DNA of 64,000 nt. Origin: Kiritimatiellia bacterium. Its GTDB lineage: Bacteria > Verrucomicrobiota > Kiritimatiellia > WLWN01. The DNA lies in contig WLWN01000001.1 of NCBI GenBank assembly GCA_012103575.1, forward strand, positions 1,676,538-1,740,537. Direction: 5' to 3'. A program made the position numbers and the translations under genes. Each line of letters opens with the position of its first letter. Within the stretch, counting starts at the first letter, position 1. Under the pieces are notes generated by a model. It was not told the DNA's origin and did not search any database. It worked only from the letters and a program-made list of their open reading frames with translations. Positions 47,187 to 56,073 of the stretch are shown here, one piece after another.

Positions 47187-48817
47187 AGAGCCTGTTGCCT
47201 CATTAAAAAATGACACCGTAGCATATTAAAACTCGTTGACACTTATCACCAATACTTGTTGGACCCATTTCTGTCAAGAAATGGGTCGGGTGGATGCCTT
47301 TCTGTTCATTCTTTTACCTTCCAGGAGTTATCCACAGATCCGTCCCGGCGAGAATGGGCCCCATTCGCTCGTCGGAGGCGGGACGGATCTGTGGGTAACT
47401 CCGTGGTTGACTTTCACCTTTGCCTTTTTCGCCATGTTTTTGACTTCGCCTCAAAAAACGACCGCCCCAGATGCCCTGTATCCAACGATCTCTCAGAAGG
47501 CTTTGTCTTCTTTTATAAGAGAGCATTACCCCACGAAACTTCTGGAGATCCTTTCAAGTCAGGAGGGTGTTTTTTTAACCGTTCAATCTTTCGGAGATGC
47601 TCCTCGATCTGCTTTTTGAGCTTGTAGGGGTCCAAAACTTCATATTGACCTTCGAGGGCCTTGACTTGTTCAAGACCAAGCAGTTGGCTCTGAACCAGTC
47701 GCTCATAAGGGGTCTTGGCTTTGTCATATTTTTTGATATACCGGCTTTGGATCCGCTTTTTGGACTTCAGCTTCATCGATGGACAAAAAAAATTGTTATA
47801 CTTTTCCCAGACAACATAGAGGTGGTTGATGACATCAACCAGATCAGGGTGTTCGAGTCGATCATACCCCAAACGTTGACGAACATGGGTCCAGTTCTTT
47901 TGTTCTACATGGGCATTATCATTTTTATGGTAGCTCCGTGACCGCGTATAGCCTACCGGCTTTTGACGGTTGCTAAAATAACGAACCAGGTGCCAATTTA
48001 AGAACTCCGAACCGTTGTCGGTATCGAATCCCAAAAGAGAAAAAGGGAGTTTTTCCTCTACGTCTTGGGTTTGCTTTTGAATCCCTCCATATCCTTTGTT
48101 CCAAACGGCACGTTGGGCCGTTCAACCCGTTACAATATCGGTATAGGTAATCGACCAGATGAAGTTTCCGCTCATCGATCCCCCACAATGGGCGACGGTG
48201 TCAGCTTCCAAATAGCCCGGTTGTTGAATATCCTGGTTGTCGATCCGCACAGGGATTTGATTTTTCAGGGTAGATCCTGGCTTCGTTGCGCTGTTTCGAT
48301 AGCGTCTATACCGGCTCCTTTCTGAGGCTAATAATCGGTCAATAGTCGCTGGACTTATATCGAGCAATTTAGAACGAATGGGGGCCGATAAAGCGCTATA
48401 GTGTTTGCTATAATCTCTGAGCCAGATCGGTAAAGCTTGTTGCAAACGTTTGCCGAACAGGCGCCCTGTTTGGTGCCAGATCGTTTTCAAAGCGGCTAAA
48501 AATTCAGGGTTGGCATAATAGCTTTTTCGGCCACGCTGCTTGGCCGAACGACGGATTTTTCCGCCGAGCAGTTTAATGGCGTATTTACGCTCATAGCCAC
48601 AGACTTGGCATACTTCATCAATGAGGCGTGTTTTATATCGTTTGCTGGCCCGTTTATACCGGTGACCCATTCGATGTATATATTCTTTTCTCGATTCGTA
48701 ACTCATACTTTTCATGCCCCCCTTTTTGGGTGTCATCTTTTATGAGTCAACGAATCTTTACGGCTCCTAACCGTTTTTCGCTACGGTGTCATTTTTTGTG
48801 AGGCAATTCGAGAGGCT
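47187..48817 (-). mobile_element. Insertion sequence with an rve-type (integrase core) transposase; ends approximate (+/- 15 bp)
   Basis: The inverted terminal segments are GCCTCA(TT/C)AAAAAATGACACCGTAGC at 47197-47222 and 48781-48804, with weaker similarity extending outward (GAGCCT). About 320 bp are non-coding on the 3' side of the transposase gene. Confidence 0.65.
47513..48736 (-). pseudogene. DDE integrase-core (rve) transposase with an in-frame TGA at a conserved Trp position
   Basis: ...GYLEADTVAHCGGSMSGNFIWSITYTDIVTG*TAQRAVWNKG...LLGFDTDNGSEFLN...YHKNDNAHVEQKNW. TGA at 48122-48124 sits where TGW is expected. Otherwise it is a single 408-codon frame. Confidence 0.75.
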
Positions 48818-48835
48818 CCAAATTTCAAATTTTGG
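48818..48835. promoter_or_regulatory. A/T palindrome upstream of the SRP RNA gene, followed by a TTGCAC-17 nt-TAGCGT promoter candidate
   Basis: CCAAATTTCAAATTTTGG is related to the palindromes upstream of both tRNA genes. TTGCAC (48838-48843) and TAGCGT lie about 10 nt before the predicted RNA 5' end. Confidence 0.4.
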
Positions 48836-48874
48836 TTTGCACCGCAAGATAATGATTGTTAGCGTATTTTTCTA

Positions 48875-49167
48875 GCTGTGCTAGACGGGGAGGTAGCGGT
48901 GCCCTGACTCCCGCGTAAGCGGGATGACCTGCAATCCGCTGTAGCAGGGTTTAATTCCTGAGTAAGATATCAACCTAGGATGATACATGCTATAGATAGG
49001 TGTTGATAGCTAGACCCTATGTGGCGAATACGGGTGAACCCCGTCAGGATCGGAAGATAGCAGCGGTAAGTCATGTTGTTCGGGTACCGTAGTGTGTTCT
49101 GGCTAGAGTCTTGAAATAGTGGTTGTACGCCGATCGTTGGTGTCGAACAAAGGTGCACAGCTTTTTT
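48875..49167 (+). ncRNA. ffs: Signal recognition particle RNA, large (Bacillus/scRNA-type, with Alu domain)
   Basis: 5' GTGCTAGACGGGGAGGTAGCGGTGCCCTG...CCTGCAATCCGCTGTAGCAGGG matches the B. subtilis scRNA Alu domain. The helix-8 motif is GAACCCCGTCAGGATCGGAAGATAGCAGCGGTAAG. The 3' CGAACAAAGGTGCACAGC pairs with the 5' GCTGTGC, followed by TTTTTT. It sits directly upstream of dnaX, as in Bacillus. Confidence 0.88.
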
Positions 49168-49208
49168 AACAAATATTCGATATTCGAATTTCAACAGAGA
49201 GGGTTCAT

Positions 49209-50930
49209 GTGTCCTATGAAGTATTAGCCCGAAAATGGCGACCTCAACAGTTTGACGACGTCGTTGGGCAAGATCATGTCGTTAGAACGTTGCGTAATGC
49301 CATTGAAACAGAGCGTATTGCGCATGCATACCTTTTTGTCGGTCCACGGGGTACAGGGAAAACGTCTATGGCTCGAATTTTTGCCAAGGCTTTGAACTGT
49401 GAAAAAAAGCTTACCGCATCACCTTGTGATGCCTGTGATATCTGTAAGGAAATTATTGCCGGTAATAACCTAGATGTGTTGGAGATCGATGGGGCTTCCA
49501 ATAATAGCGTAGATCAGATTCGTGATCTTCGTGAAAGTGTTCGCTACGCTCCCGCACGTAGCCGTTTTAAGATTTATATTATCGATGAAGTACATATGTT
49601 GAGTATGTCGGCTTTTAACGCGCTGCTTAAAACATTAGAAGAACCGCCCACGCATGTAAAATTTATATTTGCGACCACGGAACCCCAAAAATTACCTGCA
49701 ACCATTATTTCACGATGCCAACGATTTGATTTGCGTAGAATTGCTGCTGGACAAATGGTGCAACGTCTTCAAGAAGTAGCTAATGCTGAAAAGATCACGA
49801 TTGAAGAGACTGCCTTGTTAGCTATTGCGCGTGGAGCGGAGGGAGGATTACGAGATGCTGAGTCTGCGTTAGACCAATTAATAGCTTTTCGAGGGGATAA
49901 AATTACCGAAGAGGATGTCTTATCCGTCTTTGGATTGGTTGCTTGGAGTACGCTTGAAGATCTTGTGGATTCTGTGTTGAAAGGGGACATTTCCGAAGTG
50001 ATTAAGCTGATTGCCCAGCTCGATGAAAGAGGGAAGGATCTGCAACGGCTTATTTTAGAACTATTAGAATATTTCAGAAACCTTTTGGTGGTTATCTATA
50101 CCGATGGAGTGGGGGCTCTGCAGGATCTAACCAAGACACAAATAGATGTTCTGAAACAGCAGGGAACATTGTCAGAACCTCCTCGTGTTCTTCAAATGGT
50201 CGAGGTTTTGACCGAAACAGAAGGTCGTTTAAGATATACGTTATCAAAACGTATACTGGTTGAAACGTCTCTTATCCGTTGTGCGCGTGTCTCTGTTGTG
50301 GTGAGTATCGATCAGATTTTAGAACAACTGAATACGTTAAAAATTAATTTTTCGGCGATGCCTATTTCCATGCCGTCTGAGTATAAACAGGAAGACATTC
50401 AGGCGAGTCAAGCTGTTCCAACGAACGAATCTCTTACAAGCAAGACTGTTTCTGCTATACCCTCTGAGCCGGAGCCTATATCTACAGGTGAGGAAACTGC
50501 CTTTCTAAGTGATAAATGGCATAAACTTGTTGATGAAGTCGGGCATATAGCGCCTTTAGCGAAAAATTATCTTTTAGATGGAAAGCCTCTTAGCGTTGTT
50601 GGAGATAAAGTAACGATTGGATTTGATCCTGAATTTGCTTCGAATAAGGGAAAAATTAGTTTTCCGCGTAACCTAAAAGCAATACAAAATGTAATGGGCA
50701 AGATCTTAGGTCGATCCGTGAGTATTGAGTTTTGTGTGCTTGATTCCAAAACAACGCTTCCGGGTGACTCTATTGTTGAAACAGTGAAGTCTGTTTCTAA
50801 AAAATTGGTTCCTTTAGAGGAGCTTGAGAGAAAGGAAGTTTCGAAAAGTAAGCGCGAATGGTTAAAGGATCCATCTGTACGAAAAACCTTAGAAGCTTTC
50901 AATGGAGATATCGCAGATATAAGGGAGTGA
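49209..50930 (+). CDS. dnaX: DNA polymerase III subunit tau/gamma
   Basis: GTG start. WRPQQFDDVVGQ, Walker A GPRGTGKTS, zinc module CEKKLTASPCDACDIC, DEVHMLS, SRCQRF. Confidence 0.95.
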   Translation: MSYEVLARKWRPQQFDDVVGQDHVVRTLRNAIETERIAHAYLFVGPRGTGKTSMARIFAKALNCEKKLTASPCDACDICKEIIAGNNLDVLEIDGASNNSVDQIRDLRESVRYAPARSRFKIYIIDEVHMLSMSAFNALLKTLEEPPTHVKFIFATTEPQKLPATIISRCQRFDLRRIAAGQMVQRLQEVANAEKITIEETALLAIARGAEGGLRDAESALDQLIAFRGDKITEEDVLSVFGLVAWSTLEDLVDSVLKGDISEVIKLIAQLDERGKDLQRLILELLEYFRNLLVVIYTDGVGALQDLTKTQIDVLKQQGTLSEPPRVLQMVEVLTETEGRLRYTLSKRILVETSLIRCARVSVVVSIDQILEQLNTLKINFSAMPISMPSEYKQEDIQASQAVPTNESLTSKTVSAIPSEPEPISTGEETAFLSDKWHKLVDEVGHIAPLAKNYLLDGKPLSVVGDKVTIGFDPEFASNKGKISFPRNLKAIQNVMGKILGRSVSIEFCVLDSKTTLPGDSIVETVKSVSKKLVPLEELERKEVSKSKREWLKDPSVRKTLEAFNGDIADIRE

Positions 50931-50978
50931 TAAGAATTCGCTATTCGTTATTAATTATTGGTTATTTAGGAGAGAACT

Positions 50979-51302
50979 ATGGTCAACATGATGAAGTTAA
51001 TGAAGCAAGCTACTTCTATGCAAAAAGACATGAAAACCCTTCAATCTAAACTTGCTGAACAGTCCGTAGAGTTTTCAAGTGGGGGAGGGATGGTAACGGT
51101 TATTGCAAAGGGTGATATGTCGATTGAAAGCATAAAAATTGATCCTAAAGTGGTTGATCCTGAAGATGTAGATATGTTGGAAGATATGGTGAAAGCCGCT
51201 GTTGATGGTGCGCTTAAACAGGCACGAGATATGGCTGCTCAAGAAATGGAAAAAGTTACTTCTAGTCTTGGTTTACCGCCCGGAATGGACCTTCCTTTTT
51301 GA
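50979..51302 (+). CDS. ybaB: Nucleoid-associated protein YbaB/EbfC
   Basis: 107 aa. MQKDMKTLQSKLAEQSVEFSSGGGMVTVIAKGDMSIESIKIDPKVVDPEDVDMLEDMV is the family signature. Located downstream of dnaX. Confidence 0.9.
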   Translation: MVNMMKLMKQATSMQKDMKTLQSKLAEQSVEFSSGGGMVTVIAKGDMSIESIKIDPKVVDPEDVDMLEDMVKAAVDGALKQARDMAAQEMEKVTSSLGLPPGMDLPF

Positions 51303-51318
51303 TGGGGAGACAAATAAT

Positions 51319-51481
51319 CCTAGATCCGGCAGCTAAACGTGGGGTTTCTGTGCGAATGCCTTGGAGACAAAAGATTGCAAAAAAACGTAGGCGCACCCAC
51401 GGGGTGCGTCGAGGCTTTTCTCTAATTCCTTTTGGCCCAAATGATTCGTGCAGAAAACCGCGCTTAACCGCCGGATCTAGG
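51319..51481 (+). mobile_element. 163-bp MITE, copy B (variant termini, TSD ATAAT)
   Basis: CCTAGATCCGGCAGCTAAACG...CGCTTAACCGCCGGATCTAGG, flanked by ATAAT at 51314-51318 and 51482-51486. Confidence 0.85.
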
Positions 51482-51510
51482 ATAATCAATAGGAATGTAC
51501 AGATACCCCC

Positions 51511-53310
51511 ATGATGGTCACTCCTATACATGTCTTAAGTGATCAAGTCGCCAACAAAATTGCTGCGGGCGAAGTGGTTGATCGTCCTGCTTCTGTCGTG
51601 AAAGAACTGATGGAAAACGCCTTAGATGCAGGGGCGACACACATTGATGTAGAAATCGTATCTGGAGGTCGTAAACTCATCTCTGTATCCGATAATGGTC
51701 ACGGAATGGATCGTGATAATGCCTTGCTTTCTCTGGAACGACATGCCACCAGTAAAATCAAAGATGTGGATGATATAGAACGCGTAGACACGTTAGGGTT
51801 TAGAGGTGAAGCGCTTGCTGCCATTGCTTCCGTATCACGTTTTTCCCTCACAACCCGAACGGCGGAAGCGTTATGCGGGACGGAAATAACTGTTTCCGGA
51901 GGCAAAATCCAAGATGTACAAGAAAGAGGATGTCCGCCTGGGACTAAAATGCAGGTCCGTAACCTGTTTTTTAATGTGCCGGCTCGTCGCAAATTTCTTC
52001 GTACAGAACAAACAGAGCAGTCCCATGTCCGCCAGGTGTTCCTTGTTTATGGATTATCGTATCCGGCCGTTGATTTAAAGCTCACGGTGGATTCTCGCGA
52101 ACTCTATCGTTTAGCCGGAGGGGCGACATTAGAAGAAAGATTACGTGATTTATATAGTGCGGCTTTTGTAGAAACATTGCGAGTCGTTTCGTATGAGCAA
52201 GATGGCGTAAAAATAACGGGGTGTGTGGGGTTGCCTCAAACGCACCGAGGAGATCGATCGGAGCAGTATATCTTTATTAATGGACGTCCGGCTAGTGCCC
52301 CCATATTGGGCGCTGCCATCAACGAAGCGTATCAGACCCTTATTCCTAAAGGACGGTATCCCCTGGTTTTTCTTTTCATTGAATTAGATCCATCCATGGT
52401 CGACATAAATGTGCATCCGACGAAAAAAGAGGTGAGATTTCGGCGTCCGGGTTTGGTGCGGGATATACTCATTGAAAGCATTCGTTCCGCTTTGACGACG
52501 GCATCGGCAGGGAGCGATTCAGCGCTACCTACTATGCCTGTACAAGAAGAATCCCGCTTCACCAAACCGATTTTAAAAATAGAAAATATGCCCACCACCC
52601 GCACATTCCAATATCCGCGTATGCCCTTAATTTCCGAAGAAACGGCTCAAGTAGACACTAGAGAACCCTCTTCTTCTTCTTTGCCTTTACCTCTAAACGA
52701 TGAGCAGGACATCTCTTCAAAGAACGGACCGTGGACTTCCTGTCGTGTTTTAGGACAAGTTGGGGGCCTTTATGTGATTTTGGAAACAGAAGGAGGGTTG
52801 GTTTTAATGGATCCTCATGCAGCTCATGAACGCATACTCTTTGAACGGTTTATGAACGAAGTTCTTGGTCATAAAGTGAAAGGGCAAGGTCTTCTTGTTC
52901 CAGAAACAGTAGAGCTGGGTCCTCAAGATGCGTTACGCGTAAGAAAAAACATGACGTTATTTGAAAAAATGGGGTTTGGAATTTCAGAATTTGGGGGTGA
53001 TACCTTTATTGTTGATGCGATACCTAATTGTTTAGGCAATGTTTCAGCGCTATCTGTATTAGCGGATGTGGCCCATAGTTTTGAGCGAGGAGGCGCACGG
53101 GGAGGGACCGAAAAATGGGCGGAAGAAAAAGTGGCTCGAGCCGCTTGTCGGGCTGCCGTCAAAGCGCGGGATAAACTAACCTTAGAAGAAATTGAGCAAC
53201 TTGTCGTTGACTTGGCTCGAGCTGAGATGCCGTATACGTGTCCTCATGGTCGGCCTACTCTGATATTGATGAGCTTTCCAGAGTTAGATAAGAAGTTTGG
53301 AAGGGCTTAG
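51511..53310 (+). CDS. mutL: DNA mismatch repair protein MutL
   Basis: GHKL ATPase AAGEVVDRPASVVKELMENALDAGAT, DNGHGM, GFRGEAL. The C-terminal dimerisation domain has a DPHAAHERILFE endonuclease-type motif. Confidence 0.95.
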   Translation: MMVTPIHVLSDQVANKIAAGEVVDRPASVVKELMENALDAGATHIDVEIVSGGRKLISVSDNGHGMDRDNALLSLERHATSKIKDVDDIERVDTLGFRGEALAAIASVSRFSLTTRTAEALCGTEITVSGGKIQDVQERGCPPGTKMQVRNLFFNVPARRKFLRTEQTEQSHVRQVFLVYGLSYPAVDLKLTVDSRELYRLAGGATLEERLRDLYSAAFVETLRVVSYEQDGVKITGCVGLPQTHRGDRSEQYIFINGRPASAPILGAAINEAYQTLIPKGRYPLVFLFIELDPSMVDINVHPTKKEVRFRRPGLVRDILIESIRSALTTASAGSDSALPTMPVQEESRFTKPILKIENMPTTRTFQYPRMPLISEETAQVDTREPSSSSLPLPLNDEQDISSKNGPWTSCRVLGQVGGLYVILETEGGLVLMDPHAAHERILFERFMNEVLGHKVKGQGLLVPETVELGPQDALRVRKNMTLFEKMGFGISEFGGDTFIVDAIPNCLGNVSALSVLADVAHSFERGGARGGTEKWAEEKVARAACRAAVKARDKLTLEEIEQLVVDLARAEMPYTCPHGRPTLILMSFPELDKKFGRA

Positions 53311-53412
53311 TCTCGAACCCCTGCCATTCAGCGAACAAAATGTCGGATCTAGACTTATTCCTTCATTGGTGATATGGAATCATCTCAAAAGAATCATCTT
53401 GTCCATATGAGG

Positions 53413-53441
53413 AAGGGGGAGCGTCCTGAGAGCTCCCCCTT
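53413..53441. terminator. Bidirectional stem-loop between convergent mutL and the 105-aa gene
   Basis: AAGGGGGAGC-GTCCTGAGA-GCTCCCCCTT, an 8-10 bp GC-rich stem. Confidence 0.55.
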
Positions 53442-53449
53442 AGCAACAT

Positions 53450-53767
53450 TTAAGAGAGGGTTTCCGAATAGATATTCTTGAAAGCCTCCCGTAGTTCGCA
53501 CTCTGACTTTGCTTTTTTAAGCGTGCTTTCCCAACAGACACCCATGGTGGCAATAACAGCATCTGCTTCCTTGTCGAATGTGGGACCCCAGGTTGCTTTT
53601 ATCTTTTCCTTTAGGATCTCAACTTGGGTTTGACGCATCGCTTCGCAGAAAGATGCGCTCCACCTATCGACAGCGCACTCGATGGGGCACGCCTTGTCGC
53701 TTCTGGGTTTATCCGTCGAGCCGCATGATTTTTTTTCAGTACAAGTATTTGTGTTACATTCACTCAT
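53450..53767 (-). CDS. Hypothetical Cys-rich small protein (105 aa)
   Basis: MSECNTNTCTEKKSCGSTDKPRSDKACPIECAVDRWSASFCEAM...; eight Cys in total (six in the first 41 residues). Downstream of a TetR-family gene and preceded by a copy of the putative TetR operator. Confidence 0.45.
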   Translation of the reverse strand: MSECNTNTCTEKKSCGSTDKPRSDKACPIECAVDRWSASFCEAMRQTQVEILKEKIKATWGPTFDKEADAVIATMGVCWESTLKKAKSECELREAFKNIYSETLS

Positions 53768-53854
53768 TGTCTACTCCTTATGTTTTTGTTTTTTTCGATC
53801 TGTATACTGTCAATATTCAACTATGCTCTATTCTTTTTCTCACCTCCCTCTTAA

Positions 53855-53872
53855 ATACCCGTCAGTTGGTAT
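53855..53872. promoter_or_regulatory. Putative TetR operator, site 2 (upstream of the Cys-rich gene)
   Basis: ATACCCGTCAGTTGGTAT is 14/18 identical to ATACCAACCAGTTAGTAT at 54497-54514. It has palindromic ATACC...GGTAT ends. Confidence 0.35.
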
Positions 53873-53971
53873 GTATCGGGTAAAAAATATTTCACGTGTC
53901 AAATACCAGCTCCAGGTAGTTTCTGTAATGTTTCAAGGATTTTGCCATCACGTTCTCGTCCTTTGTTGCTT

Positions 53972-54488
53972 TCATAAGAATTGCAGATCCTTGAATCGTG
54001 GATACAAAATGCTGGCTAGGCCTTCGGTATCAATTTTTTTGTTGCTCGCATGGACTTTTTTAGCGGCCTGAAGATCTTTTTTAAAGGCGGAGATAAATTC
54101 CCGAAAGATTGCGCCGCATGTGGCCTGAATTTCTGGATAGGAGTCATGTAGCTCCTGGGCAAAGGTGCCTATGAGGCAACCCCTGTTCTCCGGATTTTTG
54201 GATATTTTGATCGTGGCATCTATGTAAGCGTATACACGGTCCAGAGGAGTGGATCCAGCAACCAGGACTTTGGACATGAGGTATTCGTTATTTTTATGCG
54301 AAAATCGGGTTATGAGTTGTTGCCCTAAATCTTCTTTATTTTTAAAGAAATAGAAGAACCCTCCCTTGGTGACACCCGCATCGTTGCATACTTCATCAAC
54401 GGTGGTAGCCTTATAGCCTTTGTCGAGCATCTTGATCTTCCGCGGAATCCATCAAACGTATTTTTTTTTCAGGGTCTTGCGTTTTCAT
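53972..54488 (-). pseudogene. TetR/AcrR-family regulator with an N-terminal frameshift (or use of an internal start)
   Basis: The ATG at 54488 gives MKTQDPEKKIRLMDSAEDQDARQRL*. The HTH continues in another frame as (M)LDKGYKATTVDEVCNDAGVTKGGFFYFFKNKEDL. A 1-nt indel near 54435 is implied. Confidence 0.6.
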
Positions 54489-54496
54489 ATCTGTAA

Positions 54497-54514
54497 ATAC
54501 CAACCAGTTAGTAT
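54497..54514. promoter_or_regulatory. Putative TetR operator, site 1 (immediately upstream of the TetR start)
   Basis: ATACCAACCAGTTAGTAT is an imperfect palindrome (14/18 self-complementary), 9 nt upstream of the ATG at 54488. Confidence 0.35.
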
Positions 54515-54655
54515 CTAACATATCACGTTTGTATGTGAAGTCAACTGGATAGAAAATTTTTTTTGTAAAAAAATATTATGGTATTTGAGTTTTGCGTTTA
54601 TGAAACAAGTAAACGTATATTCAATGGTCTCTTATAACCATGAACGAATAACTCA

Positions 54656-55371
54656 ATGATTTGCTCTAAGATACCAAATACATTTTTTGAAGGAATACAA
54701 ACACTGGATATTTCCCTTTCGGACCACTCGCTTAACCAACTTAATCATTACTTATGTTTGCTGCTGGAAACCAATAAAAAGTTTAATCTTACCGCAACCA
54801 AGGAACCGAATGAAGCGTGGCAACGCCATATATTAAATAGCTTAATACTCGTCCGATTTCTAGGTGATGGGGAGAAGGTTATAGATATAGGGAGTGGTGG
54901 AGGGCTTCCAGGTATCCCCTTGGCCATTGTACGACCTGATTTAACAATGACACTGCTTGAAGCTACGAAAAAAAAGCTGAATTTCTTGAAACAATTATAA
55001 ACACACTGAACCTCAGACGCGTTCAGGTGATTTCGACCCGAGCTGAAGTTTTAGGTCACGATCCTCTGCACAGGAAGAGGTATAACACCATGCTTTCCCG
55101 AGCCCTATCCCCTTTACCCATTGCGCTTGAATACATGGCTCCCTTTACACATCCCACGGGCAGACTATTAGCGATGAAAGGCCAAAAGGCGGATGCGGAA
55201 ATAGCGCAATCCAAACGTGCGATGAAAATGCTTAAAGTCAATTTTGTGAAAAAACATTTATTTTTTGTAGAGACTGAAAACGAAACGTGTGTAGTAGAAC
55301 TGATGCCCGTTAAAGAGACACCCGGTATGTATCCACGCTCTGTGGGAACCGCTAAGCAAAAACCATTATGA
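54656..55371 (+). pseudogene. rsmG: 16S rRNA (guanine527-N7)-methyltransferase RsmG, frameshifted near 54995
   Basis: The first frame ends ...DIGSGGGLPGIPLAIVRPDLTMTLLEATKKKLNFLKQL*. Homology continues in another frame: INTLNLRRVQVISTRAEVLG...SRALSPLPIALEYMAPF. The implied 1-nt deletion is at CAATTATAAAC, which is not a homopolymer. Confidence 0.7.
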
Positions 55372-55387
55372 ACAAGAGAATGAACGG

Positions 55388-56047
55388 ATGGTTCATATAG
55401 CAAAACGATATACCGCGCGCGTATTAGAAAATAAGCAACTCTCGTCAACAGGCTATGCATTAATTCTTGAAAGGGGAAATATGTCTTTTCAGGCCGGGCG
55501 CCTCATTACCCTGCACGGAGAGGATATTACCCAAGACCGCAGTTATACAATCGCTAGCGGAGAACAAGACCGGTATATTGAAGTGCTGTATCGTTTGATT
55601 CCAACAGGTCAATTAACACCGAAGCTGGTACATTTAAAGGCGGGAGACGCTATTGATTTTTCCGGTCCTTACGGGGCATTTGTTCTGCGCAACACACAAT
55701 GCTCACTTGTCTTTATTGCGACAGGGACCGGTATGGCTCCGTGCCGATCTTATATTCGGACATATCCACACTTATCGCTGACATTAATACATGGTGTAAG
55801 CCAAGCAGAAGACCTTTTTTATCGGGAAGAGTTTAATGGGTATACCTATGTTCCTTGTTTATCTCAACCACTGGGTTCGGAACCCCCAAGCCACGTACTT
55901 GACGTGATCCATGAATTGGACCTTAACCCCAAAACACACTTTTATCTTTGCGGTTCCTATGAAATGATTATTGACGCACATCGTGTTCTTCGCGAAAGAA
56001 ACATTGATGATTCTTGTATATTTACGGAAGAATATTATTACAAATGA
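55388..56047 (+). CDS. Ferredoxin-NADP(+) reductase-like FAD/NAD(P)-binding oxidoreductase
   Basis: RSYTIAS (FAD-binding RxYS motif), GTGMAPCRS (NAD(P)-binding), C-terminal ..CGSYEMI.. and EEYYYK. Confidence 0.75.
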   Translation: MVHIAKRYTARVLENKQLSSTGYALILERGNMSFQAGRLITLHGEDITQDRSYTIASGEQDRYIEVLYRLIPTGQLTPKLVHLKAGDAIDFSGPYGAFVLRNTQCSLVFIATGTGMAPCRSYIRTYPHLSLTLIHGVSQAEDLFYREEFNGYTYVPCLSQPLGSEPPSHVLDVIHELDLNPKTHFYLCGSYEMIIDAHRVLRERNIDDSCIFTEEYYYK

Positions 56048-56073
56048 GGTTTTTGATTGATGAAAGAATTAGA

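Noticed and set aside
7347-49194. Numerous antisense or overlapping ORFs of 60-216 aa. Examples: 7347-7709, 9045-9383, 20276-20671, 24531-25055, 33718-34368, 47236-47627, 48970-49194.
   Set aside because: Each is embedded in, or opposite to, a well-supported gene, IS or RNA gene; for example, 48970-49194 overlaps the SRP RNA. They lack recognisable motifs and are typical shadow ORFs.
49403-49409. An A AAA AAG heptamer in phase in dnaX, as a programmed -1 frameshift site producing a gamma subunit.
   Set aside because: It lies at codon ~65, inside the ATPase domain. The -1 frame stops after about eight codons. The product would be a non-functional ~75-aa peptide, unlike the E. coli site near codon 430.
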